64,000 nucleotides of DNA from Octopus vulgaris (lineage: Eukaryota), in contig OX597829.1 of assembly GCA_951406725.2 (NCBI GenBank), positions 21,452,001 through 21,516,000 of the forward strand, read 5' to 3'. A program made the position numbers and the translations under genes. The notes under the pieces are model-generated. The model saw only the letters and a program-made list of their open reading frames with translations. It did no database searches and had not been told where the DNA came from. This document shows positions 63,190 through 64,000 of this stretch, piece after piece (position 1 is the stretch's first letter; each line of letters opens with the position of its first letter).

Positions 63190-63742
63190 TATTATTATTT
63201 TTATAACTATTATTACCTTGAACACATAAGTGAAAGGCAGGATATTGTAATCACTTGTCTTTGTCTGTTTGTCTGTGTGATTGCAAAATTACTGGAAAAT
63301 GGCTGAATAAGTTTTCACCAAATTTGGGAGAAATACTCAGTGAGTGCGTGGGTTGAAATGATGAAAATTTGGTTTGATTATCTTCAAATATGCATTAATA
63401 CACACATAGATATGCAATAGTGTGTGTATGTGCGTGAGAGAGCAGTGCATGCCATCAAAGTGACACTGGGGTAAAATATACAAAGCCCAGTATACCCATT
63501 ATGACTACCCGTCTCATAAGGGTACACCAAGCACATACATCACAACCATATGTGCGCGACATGGTGATTTCATTTCAAGATAAACAGCACATGACCTTGC
63601 AGGTGGGGCCCAGTTAGAATTTTCTTCTGGTCGAGTAACCCATCCTGCTCAAAAGGTCCCTGAATACAGGTTGTTTAAAGATGTTGAATGAAACACCCAT
63701 GTTTCCAGAGGTGAATTATTCAAACCCTAAAGAATCCCTCTC

Positions 63743-64000
63743 GCCGTAATGGTTTTACTTGGATCCAAAAAGCCGTGATGGATGAGACTGGCCGCAAACC
63801 ACCAAACAGTCACCATGACCTTCTTCTGATGCAACTTTGGCTTCAGGAAGTGCTGTGGAGCTTTGTCAGCATCCAACCACTGAGCTGAGTATTGCTGGTT
63901 GTTGCAAAGAATCCACTTTACATCGCAAGTCACAATCCAGTCGAGAAATGGGTCGTTCTTGTTGCATAGAAGAAGGGAAGAAGACACTTCAAAACGGTAT
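63743..64000 (-). mobile_element. mariner transposase fragment (Hsmar1/cecropia-like), running off the window
   Basis: FLDWIVTCDVKWILCNN...AQWLD...KPKLHQKKVMVTVWW...LIHHGFLDPSKTITA. Confidence 0.9.

Noticed and set aside
63435-63742. Probable interspersed repeat adjoining the mariner fragment
   Set aside because: Single copy in this window with no diagnostic termini, so its class cannot be supported from the sequence alone.

Overview
AT-rich eukaryotic genomic DNA, very probably octopus. That assignment is inferred from the SINE/RTE/mariner repertoire and the dense (TA)n/(CA)n/(GATA)n/(TACA)n microsatellites, not from a database search. The only well-supported host gene is a complete 3-exon, 117-aa GABARAP/Atg8 on the minus strand (CDS join 34015-33926, 28658-28461, 28133-28068). 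Almost everything else is mobile DNA: two tRNA-type SINE families, many RTE-clade LINE 3' fragments, mariner/Tc1 remnants and MITEs, hAT- and piggyBac-type MITEs, non-autonomous Helitrons and Penelope-like (PLE) fragments. Nearly all other ORFs in the track are TE-derived or microsatellite artefacts. The most interesting signal is a set of self-cleaving-ribozyme motifs read by eye. There are six minimal type I hammerhead folds in five different repeat contexts: an inverted PLE carrying two outward-facing copies, a 355-bp retrozyme-like partial tandem, a tRNA-headed SINE-like element with a hammerhead tail, and two PLE-like remnants. There is also one decayed twister-like motif. Other notable structures are a ~62-nt structured VNTR in the RTE 3' UTR, a ~296-bp mariner fold-back palindrome, and a ~2-kb near-identical tandem duplication upstream of GABARAP that may be an assembly artefact. 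Repeat boundaries are approximate, family names come from motif recognition, and no ribozyme activity has been tested.
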